From Antedon mediterranea (lineage: Eukaryota > Animalia > Echinodermata): DNA of 64,000 nt. Where the stretch lies: NCBI RefSeq assembly GCF_964355755.1, contig NC_092676.1, positions 191,788 through 255,787 of the forward strand, in the 5' to 3' direction. The position numbers and the translations under genes were made by a program. The notes beneath the pieces are model-generated. The model had not been told where the DNA came from and made no database searches. It saw only the letters and a list, made by a program, of their open reading frames with translations. Positions 61,987-64,000 of this stretch are shown one piece after another; within the stretch, counting starts at the first letter, position 1, and each line of letters starts with the position of its first letter.

Positions 61987-62766
61987 AAAATAGTGGTCAC
62001 GTGATTTATAAACAAGCAGTCGATTTTTGCCGTGTGGTATTTTTGTTTTGCATGTTTTTGTGTGAAACCATACTGACAACACAGAGAGAAAAGAGTGTTA
62101 GTTTCAACGACAATTAAACAAAAACCTTAAAGCCACTTTGTTAGTAGTTGGTATTTATCATCCAAAGTAAGTTTTATGGCGATTATTGTCTAACAATATT
62201 TACACTGCAAGATATCAAGATCGCGAGAGGAAAGGCTAGGTAGGCCTAGCCAAAAAGTCAGTGGCTGGCTACGTACTAGGCCTAGGCCTAGCCTAGGCCT
62301 CTAGGCCAGGCCTAGCTAGGCTAGCTGGCAGTGACACTGCACTGTCTCTCTAGAGACTGAGAGTGTAAATAGTGTGCATAGTTAGGCCTAAAAACATCAC
62401 ACAGTCAGTCGTCGGTGGGGCGATGGGGAATTCAATAGAAGAGGATAGGCCTAGCCTACCCTACTAGCTAGTAGGCCTAGCCTACTAGCCTAGCTAGGCC
62501 CTAGTCCGTAAAAAATTGATAAAAAACTACCAGAATTTTATTGCCAATAAATTACTATTTTTAAATTTATAAAACAATTTTAAATAAAGATATTTTACTC
62601 TGCTAAATTAATTAATGTATGACATTGGTATTGGATAGGCCTAGTGACATTGTCGTAGTATTTTTCTTAGGCACTCAAAGAACTAAACTAGCCTAAATCA
62701 TTAATATATTTAATAAATTAAATCTACATTGCTTTCAGAAGTTGCTGACTAAGTTTGAGAAACCTT

Positions 62767-64000
62767 ATGTATAGCCTGATGGCTAACTGCTTTGCTTGTA
62801 TTAAAAAGCAGCAGGAACCTCCAAAGTAAGTACAGACTCAGATGATTTAAGATCAATTATGACAAATATTAAACCTAAAAATATAAACAGATCATTGCAT
62901 ACAAAAGATAATAGCAATTTTGTTTACAATTTGTACACCCTTTACCACAATACTTTCAGGAATAATTAATAATTAAAGCTTATGGATTGATAAAATCATA
63001 TTTAATTACTATATGGCCTAAAAATATTACAAGTTTATAGTAATAAAAATAGTAAGTGGCCTCTGTAACATGTTATTGATATCAAATAGGAAGGTAACAC
63101 TTGTGTTGATTGGTCTGGATAATGCTGGGAAGACAACGGCAATTAAAGGTGTCAAGGGAGGTAGGTTTGAACAATGCTTTGTTTTATGTTGATTATTTGT
63201 ATAGTTTGTGGTTATATGCAGTGATATTTTGTTAGGATAATTAAATTCAAATGTTTTAGTATTATTCAGTTAGGACAAAACCTGTGATCATGGGACTGCT
63301 GACTCTTGTAGTTACAGTAATTATATTACTTTAGCAGTCCCTGACCAATTTTATCTTTGTACACTGTATATATATGTTTTGTTGGTCGAATAAATGAAAA
63401 AATTAAATGATTGACATTCCAAAATGTAGTCAATGATTCAATCTCTTTGTTCTTTCTAACAGAGACCTTTGATAGGTCATTTTCTCTATTATTATGTAAA
63501 TTTGCAATTATTTTTCTTCTATTAGAAGATAACACAGAAGAGCCACCAACGGTTGGTTTTTCAAGTGTGGAGTTCACATTTGAAAAGAAGTTTGAGGTAA
63601 CAGTGTATGATTTAGGTGGTGGCAAGAAGATACGTGATATATGGAAGGATTACTATGCTGAAGTACACGGTGTTGTCTTTGTGTTAGATGCAAGTGATGA
63701 AGACAGAATTGATGAATGTCGGCAAACACTTAAGGAAACATTGCATCATGATAGGGTGCATGGAAAGAGAGTTTTAGTGTAAGTTTTCTACATTAATTCA
63801 GTGATTGGAGTATTTATTTCATCACCACTCAACAGTGACACAGATTTTTAGAACAACATGAAATAAAATTTAATGTAAACGAAAAATTTTACCCTTTTTT
63901 TAGGTTGGCAAACAAACAAGATGTTGATGGCGCTCTTGATGAAGTTGATATTTGTGAGCAACTTGAACTTGAGGAAATGGTCAATGAAAGCAAATGCCCT
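62767..64000 (+). CDS. ARL13B: ADP-ribosylation factor-like GTPase 13B (5' part, truncated by the window)
   Basis: Exons 62767-62825, 63090-63160, 63526-63778, 63904->64000. MYSLMANCFAC N-terminus, GLDNAGKT, PTVGF, DLGGG (the Arl13-type Gly in place of the catalytic Gln) and LANKQD. Confidence 0.92.

Overview
AT-rich, intron-dense animal genomic DNA from an invertebrate, plausibly an echinoderm-like deuterostome (inference only). Genes reconstructed by hand from splice sites and protein motifs: a truncated unidentified minus-strand gene at the left edge; myosin VI (minus, 27 coding exons, about 1260 aa) head-to-head with SOBP (plus, 4 exons, about 742 aa); sorbitol dehydrogenase (minus, 9 exons, about 349 aa) head-to-head with REV3L/Pol zeta (plus, with a 4.45 kb exon); tRNA-Leu(UAA); and the 5' part of ARL13B. 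Introns and UTRs hold two truncated LINEs, several non-autonomous DNA transposons and many minisatellites. Four signals stand out. (1) About eight 20-52 bp CAT/CAG...ATG/CTG palindromes, most with 7-bp target duplications, which look like P/Galileo-superfamily excision scars. (2) Tandem arrays built from RNA-processing signals: 21 copies of a MYO6 splice donor, 23 units of a REV3L splice acceptor forming almost the whole intron, repeated stop-codon regions, and an AATAAA array. (3) A duplicated MYO6 terminal acceptor capped by TTAGGG repeats that supply an in-frame stop. (4) A Penelope-type minimal hammerhead ribozyme. All calls are by eye and no database searches were run.
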